DNA of 64,000 bases. Origin: Sphaerodactylus townsendi (Eukaryota). A program made the translations under genes and the position numbers. The stretch covers positions 29,016,001 through 29,080,000 of the forward strand of contig NC_059440.1 in assembly GCF_021028975.2 (NCBI RefSeq), read 5' to 3'. Shown here piece by piece: positions 38,590-49,335 of the stretch (its first letter is position 1; each line of letters begins with the position of its first letter). The notes beneath the pieces were generated by a model. It searched no databases. It worked only from the letters and a program-made list of their open reading frames with translations, and was not told the origin of the DNA.

Positions 38590-40071
38590 CGTCCATGAAG
38601 TGATCTTCTCCTTGCATGTTCTGTGGAGGACCCCTATTGTTTTGATGTACTCCTCAACTATCACAATATGCTGCCTGCCATGGAAAGTCCACGGACATTC
38701 GGACGCCTCCCAGGGAGCAGCTGTGGGAGCTGCTATTAGGGAAGATGCTGCTAATGTCGTGGCTTTATTTCAGTTTGCCATTTGTTAGGATACGTATTTC
38801 ACAGCTCCCTCACCCGGTGGTGGTGTCTTCTGCATCATACTTATTTTGGATTTCCCAATGCTCCCATCAACCGCCTTTTCCATTTAAGTGCCATGGAAAT
38901 GGATTCCAAATCCTCTGCCCCAAAAAGGTGGCGCACCCAACACCAGGCCACATGCATCACCAAGTAGCTTCTCCGTCCTCACCCATCTGTCCCAAGGGCA
39001 GCCTAGCGCTTGCTTTCCCCTTTCTGTGCGAAAGCCTGCCAACTGTGAATGACTGGCACCAAGATATTGGCTAGGGCACTCGCCCTGCTGTCTTTCCACT
39101 CACGAGTGCCAGAAGCACAGTGCTTGAAAGAGAGCAGGTCACCTGCAATGGGCTGGTTTGTACACACTCCAGCTCCTCCACCTACCCTTTAGATGGGGAA
39201 ACGCCCATGGCAGAGAAGCTCCATTCTGCCAGATCTCAGCTGTTTCTCACTCCCCAGGTGGAAAAGTTTTGGGATGAATTACTTTGTTTAAAGGTTTGTG
39301 CCCCCCCCCCCCATAGAAAGAAGGAGCTCAAGGCTGCTTACAGAAACAGGTGTGACCCCCCAACCACACATACACAGAGCCAGACCTGGCCTCAGACGCT
39401 CCCTGCCACCCCAGCTCAACCGCACGAGCATCCTGGGCTTTCTGTCTCCACACCCACCAAAGCCTCTTTGGCCGGGGCCTCCAGAACTGCCCTCCTCCGT
39501 GGGAGCCATCCTCAGCCTCAGCCAGAAAGGGCATGTCTAAGCCGGGCAGCCAGGAGAACCCTGCTCCCACCTGCCCCAGTCTCCTGTGTGGCCAGCCGGA
39601 CCTTCCCTCTCTCTGTGTGGTCGAAGGCTTTCATGGCCAGATTCAACTGGTGGTTGTGGGCTTTCCAGGCTGTGCGGCCATGGTCTGGTGGATCTTGTTC
39701 CTAACATTTTGCCTGCATCTGTGGCCAGCATCTTCAGAGGTGTATCACAGAGAGATGTGTGTTACAAGTGTTAAAATGTACACTTCTGGACACAGTATGT
39801 AACACGCTTCTCTCTGTGATACACCTCTGAAGATGCCTCCCACAGACGCAGGTGAAATGTTAGGAACAAGATCCACCAGACCACGCCCACACAACCCAGA
39901 AAGCTCCCACAACAACCACTTCCCTATCACCTTCAGTCAGGTGTTTGGTGATGATTTCTTGGATTCGGTAGGCAACCAAGTGTGGGGGGGGGGGGGGGGA
40001 GCCTTCACAGGAACCCCGGGGGGAAAGGCCCTTCGCTCCGCAGTGACCAGGGCCAGGGTCCTCTCCAGCGT
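6855..40071 (-). CDS. CROCC: Rootletin (ciliary rootlet coiled-coil protein), exons 2-37
   Basis: Exons in minus-strand 5'->3' order: 39931-40071, 38128-38276 (MSALLSPHEENRILQQELSRVEDLLAQSRAERDELAIKYNAISER), 32051-32236, 31601-31693, 31052-31143, 30326-30491, 29980-30086, 29191-29418, 28365-28461, 27622-27729, 27257-27487, 25734-25933, 25156-25338, 24584-24728, 24019-24165, 23335-23565, 22601-22794, 21365-21492, 20784-20953, 19998-20177, 19152-19286, 18258-18401, 16775-17013, 16443-16602, 15736-15903, 14766-15129, 14494-14669, 14291-14411, 12467-12630, 11177-11392, 10218-10442, 9944-10093, 8540-8740, 7874-8005, 7355-7496, 6855-6920. E/Q/L/R-rich coiled-coil peptides are collinear with human rootletin. 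Intron phases are consistent except at exons 2 and 36. Confidence 0.95.
7588..7608 (+). repeat. Short (CCCTAA)3.5 telomere-like repeat in CROCC intron 35
   Basis: ccctaaccctaaccctaaccc. Confidence 0.6.
9305..9515 (+). mobile_element. tRNA-derived SINE (Squam3/MIR-like), degenerate
   Basis: A-box-like tggggcggtggttagaa, then ggattcccc, then ctcagccccacctacctcacaagg body; similar to 53855-54150. Confidence 0.65.
13620..13930 (+). mobile_element. Old CR1 3' fragment
   Basis: ggggcatctaatgaagttga...aggaccaaggaaatactt...actggccactgcatgagaccagatactgg resembles the end of CR1 ORF2 and its 3'UTR. Confidence 0.45.
16222..16250 (+). repeat. (GA)n microsatellite
   Basis: Directly visible. Confidence 0.9.
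18511..18755 (-). mobile_element. CR1 LINE 3' end fragment
   Basis: 8-nt tandem tail (agaagaac)n; body nearly identical to 27951-28190. Confidence 0.7.
27951..28335 (-). mobile_element. CR1 LINE 3' fragment, same family as 18511-18755, with an internal (CTG)n run
   Basis: acataagaac tail; shared gatcagaccagagtccatctagtccagc...ccataaatctgtccaag; continues into CR1 ORF2 end-like sequence. Confidence 0.7.
30610..30735 (-). mobile_element. SINE fragment (MIR/Squam3-like)
   Basis: catcctgtgagg...ctggccca...ggattcgaac pattern, the reverse complement of a tRNA-SINE head and core. Confidence 0.45.
36615..36628. promoter_or_regulatory. RFX X-box motif in CROCC intron 3
   Basis: GTTGCCATAGAAAC fits the X-box consensus GTHNYY-AT-RRNAAC and is preceded by a further GGCAAC half-site. 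Confidence 0.55.
38556..38586 (+). repeat. (TG)n microsatellite
   Basis: Directly visible. Confidence 0.9.
39651..39918. mobile_element. Palindromic Penelope-derived insertion in CROCC intron 2
   Basis: Inverted arms at about 39651-39764 and 39798-39918; each arm has a degenerate hammerhead core (39700-39740 on -, 39824-39864 on +). Confidence 0.7.
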
Positions 40072-40149
40072 CTGCCAACCAACAACAAAGCGCCTCAGCT
40101 GTGAGGCACACAAGGAAGGAAGGGGCTTCCTCCTGCTACCCTCCACTGC

Positions 40150-41750
40150 CTGCCAGGGAGCGGGAAACACACGCGCATACGCAGAAACGCCAGGCTACTC
40201 CTAGCAAATGCTGCACGGCAGACCTGGCCCCTTCCACAACAGAAGAACCAGACAATCTTTCTCCCTCCAGGTTTCTGCAGGCGGCCACCCCCGTTCTGCA
40301 GAGCGGACAGGACCACCACCACCCCCCCCCGCACACGCGCAACCCAGACACCCCAGCAGGCACAGGGTCAAGCTGCACCCTGAGAACCCGGAGGCCGCTT
40401 CTCTTTGGGCCCTGACAAAAGTGGACCCAGCACCTTTGGCCAAACGTCACCACCGCCTGGGACACCACCTGGTGGGGGCGGTGGCCGCAACGGGGGTCCT
40501 CCTGGTTTCCCGCGCGGCGGATGGCGGAGGGGCGGGCGCCGCAGCAAACCAGCCCGCCCGCCCGCGCCACGCCCCCTCGGACGCCCAGAGAGAACCGGTC
40601 AGGGGCCGCCCCCGCTGCTCTCCAGGCCAGCGGACCGAGCCCAGCAGGCAAGCAGGCAGGGGGCGAGCGGAGGCCCGCCGTTTCTCCTCCACACGCGCAC
40701 GCACGCACGCAAGCACGCACCCGCCGCCGCCTCCAAGCCTCCCGAAGGCGAAACCGGGCGCCAGCCAGCCAGCGCCCACCCCCACTGCCCGGGCTCCCGG
40801 CTGCTCATGCACGGGAACCGGCCAGCCAGGCGGGACTGAGAGACCGTCCCCCCCCCCCGCCAGGGAGGAGGAGGAGGAACCGTAGCAGATAGCGGGGCGG
40901 GGCGCGCATCGCCCTCCCCCTCCAGCGGCCCCCCCAGGCGCATCTGCTGGCCGGCGGCACGGGCTGGCAAGGGTCGCAGGCTCAGCGCGCGCTCTCCGCC
41001 AGGCGCCAGCTCCAGCGGCGACCCCCACTCCCGCCCGGAGGCACGACTACGGCCACTACCCTCCGACCCTGCCCCGCGGCGCCGGCTGCCTGCTGCAGCG
41101 CCCAGGTTCGAGGCGCGCCGGGCGCGGCAGAACGGGCCCGGGCCAAGCGCGCCTCCGCTCCGGAGCCTCTGAGCACGTGCAGAAGGCACCGCCCGCCCGC
41201 CCAGTCACCTGCTGCCGCTCTGGCTCCGGTGGCTCAGCGGCGCGCTGCTACCCCGGGTCGCCGGCCGTTGGTGGCCTCCCGCTCCGCTCCCGTTGCCATA
41301 GCGCTGCCTGGCGGGGGCAGGCGAGGAAGGCTGGCCCTTGGCCGGAGGGGGCCGGCCCGGGCCCCGATCACGCCCCTCTGGCCACCTCCCCGCCTGGACG
41401 CTTCCTCGCCGGCCGGCCCGGGAAGGAGCCCGCGCTGTCTCTGTCTGCAGGGCGAGCGGACTCCACGGCGGGGAGGGCCGGGCGCGGAGGCCTCGGCTGC
41501 CTGGGTGGGGGGGTTGGGGGGCGGAGGACTCCTCACAGCCCGAAGGCAGAGCCGGGTCAGGGCGCAGGCCAAGGCAGCTGGCTCTCGAGGCATTGCCAGG
41601 CTGCTAGGAAAGAAGGGAGGCTCTTGGGCAGGAAAACAGGAGCCCCCTTCCCCGCTTTCCTTTGCGCAGCCCCCCCTCCTCCTCCCAGCCATGCAGAAAG
41701 TGAGACCCTCCATTTCCCCCCCTTGGCTGAGCTGTGCCCCCTCCTCCCCC
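40150..41750 (-). promoter_or_regulatory. CpG island / CROCC promoter, with a candidate first exon ending at 41209
   Basis: Very CpG-dense; donor CAG|GTGACT at 41209/41208; RFX half-site GTTGCCATAG at 41292-41301; GC boxes. Confidence 0.7.
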
Positions 41751-41783
41751 AAAGCAAACCAAAACAAGTTTTCCAGGAATTGC

Positions 41784-41789
41784 TTTAAT
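41784..41789 (-). terminator. NECAP2 candidate polyadenylation signal (ATTAAA)
   Basis: TTTAAT on + at the end of an AT-rich 3'UTR segment, immediately before the CROCC CpG island. Confidence 0.5.
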
Positions 41790-42858
41790 TAGGAATCAGT
41801 TGTTTAAAAACAGGAGATACTCTGCAGAGATGCAAAATAGAACTTTCTGAGAAAGAGGCTTTCGCCTCAGTATAAATAGGTAAGAATATAGATGCATTCG
41901 TGTATATTTAAAAGATAATTCAAGTACAGTTCCTTAACCACAATCTCCCAAACAGACTGGTCCTTCAGGACATCTAGACCGCACAGGCCGCCAGACCAGG
42001 AGCTCTTGGGGAACCAAAGGCTTGGGGGCACGGGGCGGGGTATTTACGGCAGAACAATAAGGAATGTTAAAGTGGAGGGAAGGCAGGGGGTGGGAGGAAG
42101 GCTCTTCACAAGACAATCTGGGTGGGGGGGGCTATCTTTCAGGGATGGCAGCCACCCAACCACCTTCCAGCCTCCCCCCGCCCCCCTACCACTACCCCAC
42201 AAGTGAAGGCATGCTCAGATGAAAGACCGCCCCCTTCCCACCCGCTTCTGCCTCAGAGTCCAGAACTCTGGGGACGGAGGAGTCAAGCCAGTTGCTGTGC
42301 AAATGTGCTTCGGGAGGAACCAAGGTGGGCCTGGGCTGCTCTGATCCAAGGGGACAGAGATGCAGGCTGCGCTGCAGAGTGTGGGAGAAGCAAATCTAGC
42401 AGCGTGCCAGCGAGCACTGTCCCTCCCCCTGGAGAACGTGGCGGCCAGCCTGCAGGAGGGACTTGGCCAGAGAGCCCCAGACCTCTGGGGTGGGACTCCC
42501 CACTCTCTGCCCTGGGGGAGAAAGGCAGAAGGGCTTCCCCTGAGATCTCTTTTGCTGCCCTTTCAAGGCCCTTTGGATCCATCCACTGTGATCTGAGTGC
42601 AGGAAAAAGTCCCCTTCAGCAATTACAGGCTGTGGAAAAGAATCCCCCACGCTTGACGCTGGGGAGGGAGGGAGGGAGGGAGGGTAGCTACGGAACTCTT
42701 CCTCTTCATTCTGCCCAAGGCACGTGCTGGAAAACGTTGCAAACGGAGCCCTTGGAACAGGCCCAGAGGGGGGCTCCTCTTGGCCTTCCGTGCAGAAGAG
42801 AAAAGCAAAAGGCTGGCCTTCCGTCACCTGGAGTGGGGAGAGTGGAGCTCGCCCTGGC

Positions 42859-45800
42859 TCAGAACTGCACCCAGCTTCTACTCTGCTGAGGAGGGGCAGG
42901 AGCAGACCTGGGAAGAAGCAGAGAAGACAAGAAATCAGAGCAGAAATGCCACCTCTGTTGGGGGGGGGGGAGATCCCCACATGTTTTACTGGGTGTTACA
43001 GAAAAGCAGGATTCAGAGACCTGCTTCCCTCCGAGCAGGCGCTTCCTGCCTGCGTGTTTCACACTCCTGCCTTCTGGCACAGGCAGACCCAAAGAGACCC
43101 ACAGAGGGACACAGTAGCAGACCAGGACGGGCCAAACGGGCACAAACGCAGCTCTCGCAACAGATTCCTCACCCGGAAGCCTGAGCAAAGTCTCCCCAGA
43201 TCTCAGCAGTGGCTTCAGCTGTAAGCATCTGGCACTGCGGCCAAGCTGTGGAGGCCTCTGTGTTGAAAGACAGGAGGAGGGATCAGCTGAGGTGTGAGGG
43301 TAACACAGGCCCCACCAGAACAGTTGCAGCTTTGTGGAAACAGCCAGCTTGTATGAGGAAGAGAAAGGGCAGCTTCTGGCGTTCTCCTGGTCGGGGGTGC
43401 GTGTGTGTGTATGCGTCTCAGACCAATGCTCCCTACTGGTCCAGTTGTGATCTGGGGGGGGGGGGGCAGCAGCTTTGTTTCCCAGTACGCGGGCGGAATG
43501 GCTATCCAACAGACCGCCTAGCTTGGCCCTGAAGGCACACGTCTGGGATTCGCTGGCAACACCCCCTGCAGCTCCTTCAGCCTCCCTGCAGTAAACGCCA
43601 GTGGCGTCGCTCTGTGGTTGGCCCCGGCTAGTTGCAGCCGTCAAATCAAGAGCACTCCCCAGGACACAGAGCACGCCCCAGCAGTGAGGCTCCGCAGGCA
43701 CATGGACCCGCCCTTCCCGGGAGCCCCTGAACACAGCCTCCAAATCACTGCTCATGCCGCTGCACCCCAAAAGAGCATCACCCCGTTGCACCCAGAGTCC
43801 TCTTGAAGCAGCTCAGCCCCGAAGAATCATTTGCCCCTTCTGCTTGGGAAGCTGGACCAGATGCACAGACCTGCTTCAGGGGCACCTGCTGGGGACTCTG
43901 CTGGATGGGACGATGTTTGCTTCTCGGGCAGAGGAATGAAAGAGCCCCTTCCTCCTGGAGGGGGGGGAATCAGACTGGGGCCCCCCAAGCTTCCTGTGCG
44001 TGATTTGCTCCCCAGCGCACCCTCCTTCTTCTTCATGTTCTAAAGAGAGTTAAAAGCATTCCCGCTCACATTTCCAACTACTACACAGAGGCATCTGCCC
44101 CCATCCAGCCATGGGCCCGGGGGGGAGGGGCGGCCCACAACCTTCAGGGGACAGGGAAGGGCTGGCCAAACATGGCTGCCCGCGCACCCTTTGCCTCCCA
44201 TTCACCCCCGAGGCGGCAGCAAAGCCCTCACCGCTATGTTGAGCTTGATGGTCTGTCCTTCCTTGAAGCCCAAGTCCAACTTTGGCCCCTGTTCTGGACT
44301 CTGGGCTTGTTTTGCGAGCTCGCTCTGCTGTTTCACCCACCTGCAAAGCACCAGAGAAACTGAGGGGCTGGAAACAAGAGAATGCGGAAGCAGGCAGAGA
44401 CTGAAACAGGTTGTGGACTCAGAAGGGCCACTTTTGATTTCTGGGGAGGGATAAGGTGCTCAAGAGCCACTGGAAACCCCACGCCCATCTCTGCTCCCGA
44501 GATGTACAGCAGAGTGGTGAAGGGGACTGGCAGGAGACCCTTCTGCCACCTGCTCCTAAGCTGGCACTACACACCCTGTGCTCTCAGAGGCGACAACGGA
44601 GGAGTGAGCAGAAACCCGCTCCAGTCTCCGGCCGCTGCTTTGGCACGGATTCTGTGTGCCGAGCAAAGAGCCGGGCTGCGGTGTGCCCAGAGCAACGAGG
44701 CCAGGGAGGGCGAGAGCTCACTTGAAGTGGTCTTGGAGCGCAACGTTGAAGTCAAAGGAATCGCCTCGGTCAACAAAGCCAAGGCCGATGAACGCCCGAC
44801 GTCCTGAAACAGAAAACCAGACACAATGAGCAACGTCACTGCCAGTCGCCTTCTCCAAGAGGCTTGGCTGCGCCACTCCTGCGTGACATGCCACACAAAG
44901 GTGACCTGGCCTCTGCTGCTGGGACCGGCTGCCTTGTGAACTGGTATCCCACGAGGCCAGCTCATGTCAGGCAGCTGTTAGAGCAAAAGTCCGTTACTTC
45001 CCTCTGGGGGCTGGACCGCAGGAGTGGGCAGAAGCACCCCCCCTTCCCCAGAGGGGCTGGCCGTGGATCAAGGCCTCAGACCACCATCGGAGCAGGGGGG
45101 AACTGAAGGCCAAGCCCTGCCACTGGCCCTGCTCCGTTGCTCTGTCAAAGGGCACCAAGCAGAGCTGCGCCAGAGGACGGGCAGGGGCCCTTGGGATTGG
45201 TTCCCCAGAGAGCGCTGTCTGGACACATCCCTAGCGTTCCAATCCAGCAGGTGCCTCGGGGAGGGAAGAGGTTTCCACCCTTGGTAGCCAAGTGGTCCCT
45301 GCACAGCCAAACGCCTCTTCCACAGCCCAAAGTTCTGGGAAACCCAAATCACCTGCACTCTGCCCCCAGGGCCAGAGAGGAAACAGCACTGAAGGAAAAG
45401 GGGTGGCTGCAGCCTTGCCAGCCTCCCGACAGGGGGAAAGATCTTCTGGAATTACAGCAGATCCCCAGATAACACAGATCCAGATGCGCCTGGAGAAGGT
45501 GGCCATTCTGGGACATCACGTCCCTGCTGAGCTGCCTCCCCTTCCCAGGGTCCATATCTCCAGGAATTTCCCCCACCCTAGGAGGCGGGAAGGCAAGCTC
45601 TGTGCCCAGAGAAGGTGGCCATGAGGTGTTGTGAGTTTGTGGGTCTGAAGCCTTTGCAGCCAACCGGATGGGGACAACTGCGACCCACACTGCTGCTGCC
45701 GCCCCCTTACCGTTTCCATCCTCGATCCGAAGGACGAAGTACCTGCTGGAGTCTGTCACGCCCTCCACAGCGAGGCCTGGAAACTGGTCCACTGGGGCCT

Positions 45801-48496
45801 GAGCAAAGAGTTCTCCTGAGGGGAGGCAGAAGTGTGAGGTGTGGTGCTGGCTGGCCCTCCACCCACAGGGGCCTGCCACTTTCCTTGCGAACATCTGCAA
45901 CCAGGGCTCAGGGGAATGGAGGCTCAGAAGCATTCTCGCCAGGCCTGTAGAGCAGCTGAAGATTAGCCACAGAGATATTCTGAGTTCAAAAATGCACAAG
46001 CTAATGGGGATGGAGTAGAGGACCTGTTCTTTAATATCGGGGTCAGTGAGACCCCAAGAGCAGCATAAAAAGCAGGTGGTTTTCAGAGATGCTCCCAGCC
46101 CAGCCCTTCTGACCACCAAAGTCTGCTTCATTAAGCACCTGCTTCCAATGTGGGACGGTCTTCCAGGCCAAGGGAGGCCAAGAGCACTGCCAGGCCTGCT
46201 TGTACCTGAAGTCTTGTCCTCCAGCTTCACGTAGGCCATCTTCCCCTGGGAGGTGATGCGCATCCGGCCACTCCACGCTGGCTGGTCCAACTGCCACTCA
46301 GCAGCTCTAGCAGCAGAAAGGGGAGAGGAAAGATGGGAGGTGACAGAGGAGCACAAAACACTGTTTGCGACTGGATACGCTGGGGAATGTGTGGGGCTCC
46401 CACCTCCACCAACGCCTCTGCTTTCAGGGAGAAAGTCTAAAAAACTATCTGTGAGGTGGAGAGGTGACATTCCAGGCCCACTGGGGAAATTAACAACTGC
46501 AGGTCCTGATGGCCCACCCTGAGAGGTCATGGGGAGCTCAAAGGTGAGACTGTTGATCTACTAAGCTGTATATGTAATTCGTCACTAAAATCAGCCATTG
46601 TACAGCAGCAAATATCACACTCATTTTTAAAAAGGGGGGCAGAAGTTAACTAGAAAGTTACAGCAATTAATGTATTGTTTGTCCCAGGCAAATCAATAGA
46701 ACTTGTAATCAAAGTTAAAAGTACTGGACACCTAGAGGAACAAAACCTGCTGAAAGAAAATCAGTCCGGTTTCTGCAAAGGCAAGTTCCTTGAGAAGGCA
46801 ACTGTGACCCAGTAGATGGCGCACATGTGGTCTTTCAAAAGGCTTTAACCAAAAGTGCCTCACCAAGGATTCCTGGATAAGCTTTGAACTCATGGGATGG
46901 GGACCCGCCCTCTTTTGAATTGAAAACTGGTTAAATGACAGAAGCATAGAGTTAGAATAAAGGGATCATTTTCTCAAAGGGAGAATTAAGCAACAGGATT
47001 CCCTGCTCCTGCATGCCACCCCTCCCATTATCCTTAATTTTTTCATCAATGATCTGGAACTGTGGGTGAGCAGTGAAGTGACCAAGTTTGCAGATGATAC
47101 AAAACACGAGCATGACTGGAGAGCTCCAGGAGGCTCCCCACAAATTGGCAGAGTGGGCAACAATCCAGTGAACAACATTCAGTCTAGACAAGGTGATGTA
47201 CGTGGATTAAAAACCCCAACTTTAACTTTATGGTGACGGGGTCTGAACACGCCGTGAATGAGATGGAACGAGACCTTGGGGCTATAGCAGATAGCCTGAC
47301 TCAGCAGCAGTGAGAAAGGCCAACTTTATGGTGGGGAACAGCTAGATTAGAGGCCAGGAACACCTTGGGGACCAAACTTTTCAGGATCTAAGGGCTTCTT
47401 CGGGACTTCAGTCTAACTGTTCTACTGCAGACCAATGTGGCGATTCTCTAAAACTATCTTCATGCTGAGGATTGTTAAGAAAGTGAATGTAAATAAAACT
47501 GTCAATATTCTAATGCTCCTGTACTGATCGACAGTGCAGCCTCATTTAGAATACTAGGTGCTGATCTGGCCATCATATGTCAAAAAGGACGCTGCAGAGC
47601 TAGGAAAAATACAAATGAGAACAGTCCAGTTGGCGATACAATTATGTCTGCGGTGGAGAGGGTTCATACAGATCACTTCCTTCCTCTCTTCTGAAGTACC
47701 TGAACTCAAAGGCTGACTGGCAACAGCCTCAAGTTGGACAGAACAAAATACTTTTTTACACAGCAAGTGATTAAAGTGTGACATTTCCTGCCAGAGGATG
47801 TAGTGACGGCCACAGACACAGTCGGCTTTGAAGGGGGATGAGGCAGACTCGCGGAGGAGAGGTCCGTCGGTGGTTGCTGCCCGTGGGAACTAAAGCCAAC
47901 CTCCACGTGCAGAAGCAGTCAACCTCCGAGGCCCAACGCCAGCAGACGACATCAGCACAGGGCGGCCTCGGTCTCCACGCCGGTTGGCCTCTGGGTGTGA
48001 GACGGGATGCCGGATGGGATGACGCACAAATTGGGGGGGGGGGGGCAGCAGCTGCAGACCCCGAACCGCGGCAGGCAGACCCGGGCGGGCCACAGCGAAT
48101 GGGGAGAGGCGGGTTTCCAGACGAAGCCAGCCGGTCCTGGCAGACTTCTCTCAGCCCACTCAACTGGAGGGGCTTCCCGAGGCTTCGGCGGACTCTCGAG
48201 GGCGGCGGCGGCGAGGCAGCGGGTCCCAGAGGGAGCGCTGTCGGGGCCAAGGGGCAGTTCAGCTCCCTTCAGGCAACCGCTTCCCTTCCTCTCCGCGGTT
48301 GGGGAGCAGGAGGTCGGGGGCAAGCGCGGGGCCACGAGCCGGAGCGCGGGTCCGTCAGCGGCTCGGGCGGCACACTCTGCACACGCTCAGAGCGCCCTAC
48401 CCACCTGTACCCGCGGTTGGAGGAGCGCGGGGGAAGCCGGTAGACCAGCACTTCCGGTTTGACGCACAGCACCGACTCGTACTCGCTGTCCGCCAT
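42859..48496 (-). CDS. NECAP2: Adaptin ear-binding coat-associated protein 2, complete, 8 exons
   Basis: Exons 48405-48496 ([31 protein letters not shown]), 46206-46306 ([34 protein letters not shown]), 45711-45815 ([35 protein letters not shown]), 44722-44803 ([27 protein letters not shown]), 44232-44340 (WVKQQ...[16 protein letters not shown]), 43871(or 43886)-44039, 43173-43257 (EIWGDF motif), 42859-42907 (C-terminal WVQF*). PHear domain and WxxF adaptin-binding motifs; synteny favours NECAP2 over NECAP1. Confidence 0.96.
46690..47880 (+). mobile_element. Degraded CR1 ORF2 (reverse transcriptase) remnant in NECAP2 intron 1
   Basis: aagtttgcagatgatacaaaa encodes KFADDTK (RT catalytic motif) at ~47085-47105; fragmentary with stops; probable nested PLE-derived piece at ~47335-47455. 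Confidence 0.7.
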
Positions 48497-49100
48497 CTTG
48501 GAGCCGGACGATCCGGAAATCCGGGTCCCGCCCGGAGGGGGCGGGGTAGGTGCGTGCCGCGCATGCGCGAGCAGCGTCCCATCAGCCACCCACTTCCGGC
48601 CTGCTTTCGACTCCGGGGAGCGTCGGGGACCCAAACTCCGTCGCTCGCTCCTTCGCACCCCGGGAGGGAGGAGGGGGGGGGCTCGGGCCTGGAGGAGAGG
48701 CCGGCAGCCCTCCCGGAAACCCGGCCGACGACGCGTCCCCGGGGCAGCAGGGCTCGGCGGGAGGGGGGCGGCGGCGGCGGCGGCGGCGGGGCCTCTCCTT
48801 CGTCTTAGAGGAGGTCGGTGCCAGGTGACGGCCTGGGGGTAACCGTTGAGATGCCCCCAACATGCGGCCGTTGGCGACTGCAGCGCCAGGAACCCCGCCC
48901 ACGTGCGGGGAACTCCCCGTGGCGCTCCTCCCTCCTCGCACCCCCATTCGCTGGGAACTGGGTATGACGCCGAATCAGAGCGAGGCCCTGCAGAAGCGTC
49001 AGGCGCGAAGGTCCCGGGGAGCAGGCCTGCCGCGAGAGAGCCAGAGGGCGCCCACTCCCCCTGCCCGCCTCCACCCCTAGGATTGGGCTGTTGGCAAAAC
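47850..49100 (-). promoter_or_regulatory. CpG island / NECAP2 promoter
   Basis: CpG-rich; YY1 motif CAAGATGGCGG over the ATG (48490-48500, -), NRF1 palindrome GCGCATGCGC 48559-48568, ETS CACTTCCGG 48591-48599. Confidence 0.8.
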
Positions 49101-49335
49101 TGGGTCTGGAGGGTTTTCCGGGGGCTGCGTGGCCGTGGTCTGGTGGATCTTGTTCCTGACGTTTCGCCTGCATCTGTGGCCGGCATCTTCAGAGGCGTAT
49201 CCCAGAGAAAAGTCTGGTTCTCAGTGAGAAGGGAAAGTTTAGTGGGGTATACTGTCCATGTCCCAGGGTGGGGAACCAATCATTACCTGTTTGGGTGGAA
49301 CTTGCTTTGCAAAGGTGTGGTTGAGTTCATTGTAT
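49100..49335 (-). mobile_element. Penelope-like retroelement terminal fragment
   Basis: Same sequence as the arms at 39651-39918 (gtggtctggtggatcttgttcctgacgtttcgcctgcatctgtggc...cttcagagg); carries the hammerhead core typical of PLE ends. Confidence 0.65.
49155..49195 (-). ncRNA. Minimal type-I hammerhead ribozyme motif within a Penelope-like remnant
   Basis: Minus strand reads cct-CTGAAGA-t-gcc-(ggccacagatgca)-ggc-GAAA-c-GTC-agg: stem I cct/agg, CUGANGA box, stem II gcc/ggc, GAAA box, palindromic ACGU stem III, GUC cleavage triplet. Confidence 0.7.

Noticed and set aside
42953-42988. Possible NECAP2 penultimate exon (NMWG-like)
   Set aside because: It would need a 45-nt intron and has the wrong phase; the true WGDF exon is 43173-43257
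45349-46530. 393-aa minus-strand ORF
   Set aside because: Chance read-through joining NECAP2 exons 2 and 3 with intronic sequence; canonical splice sites explain the real coding parts
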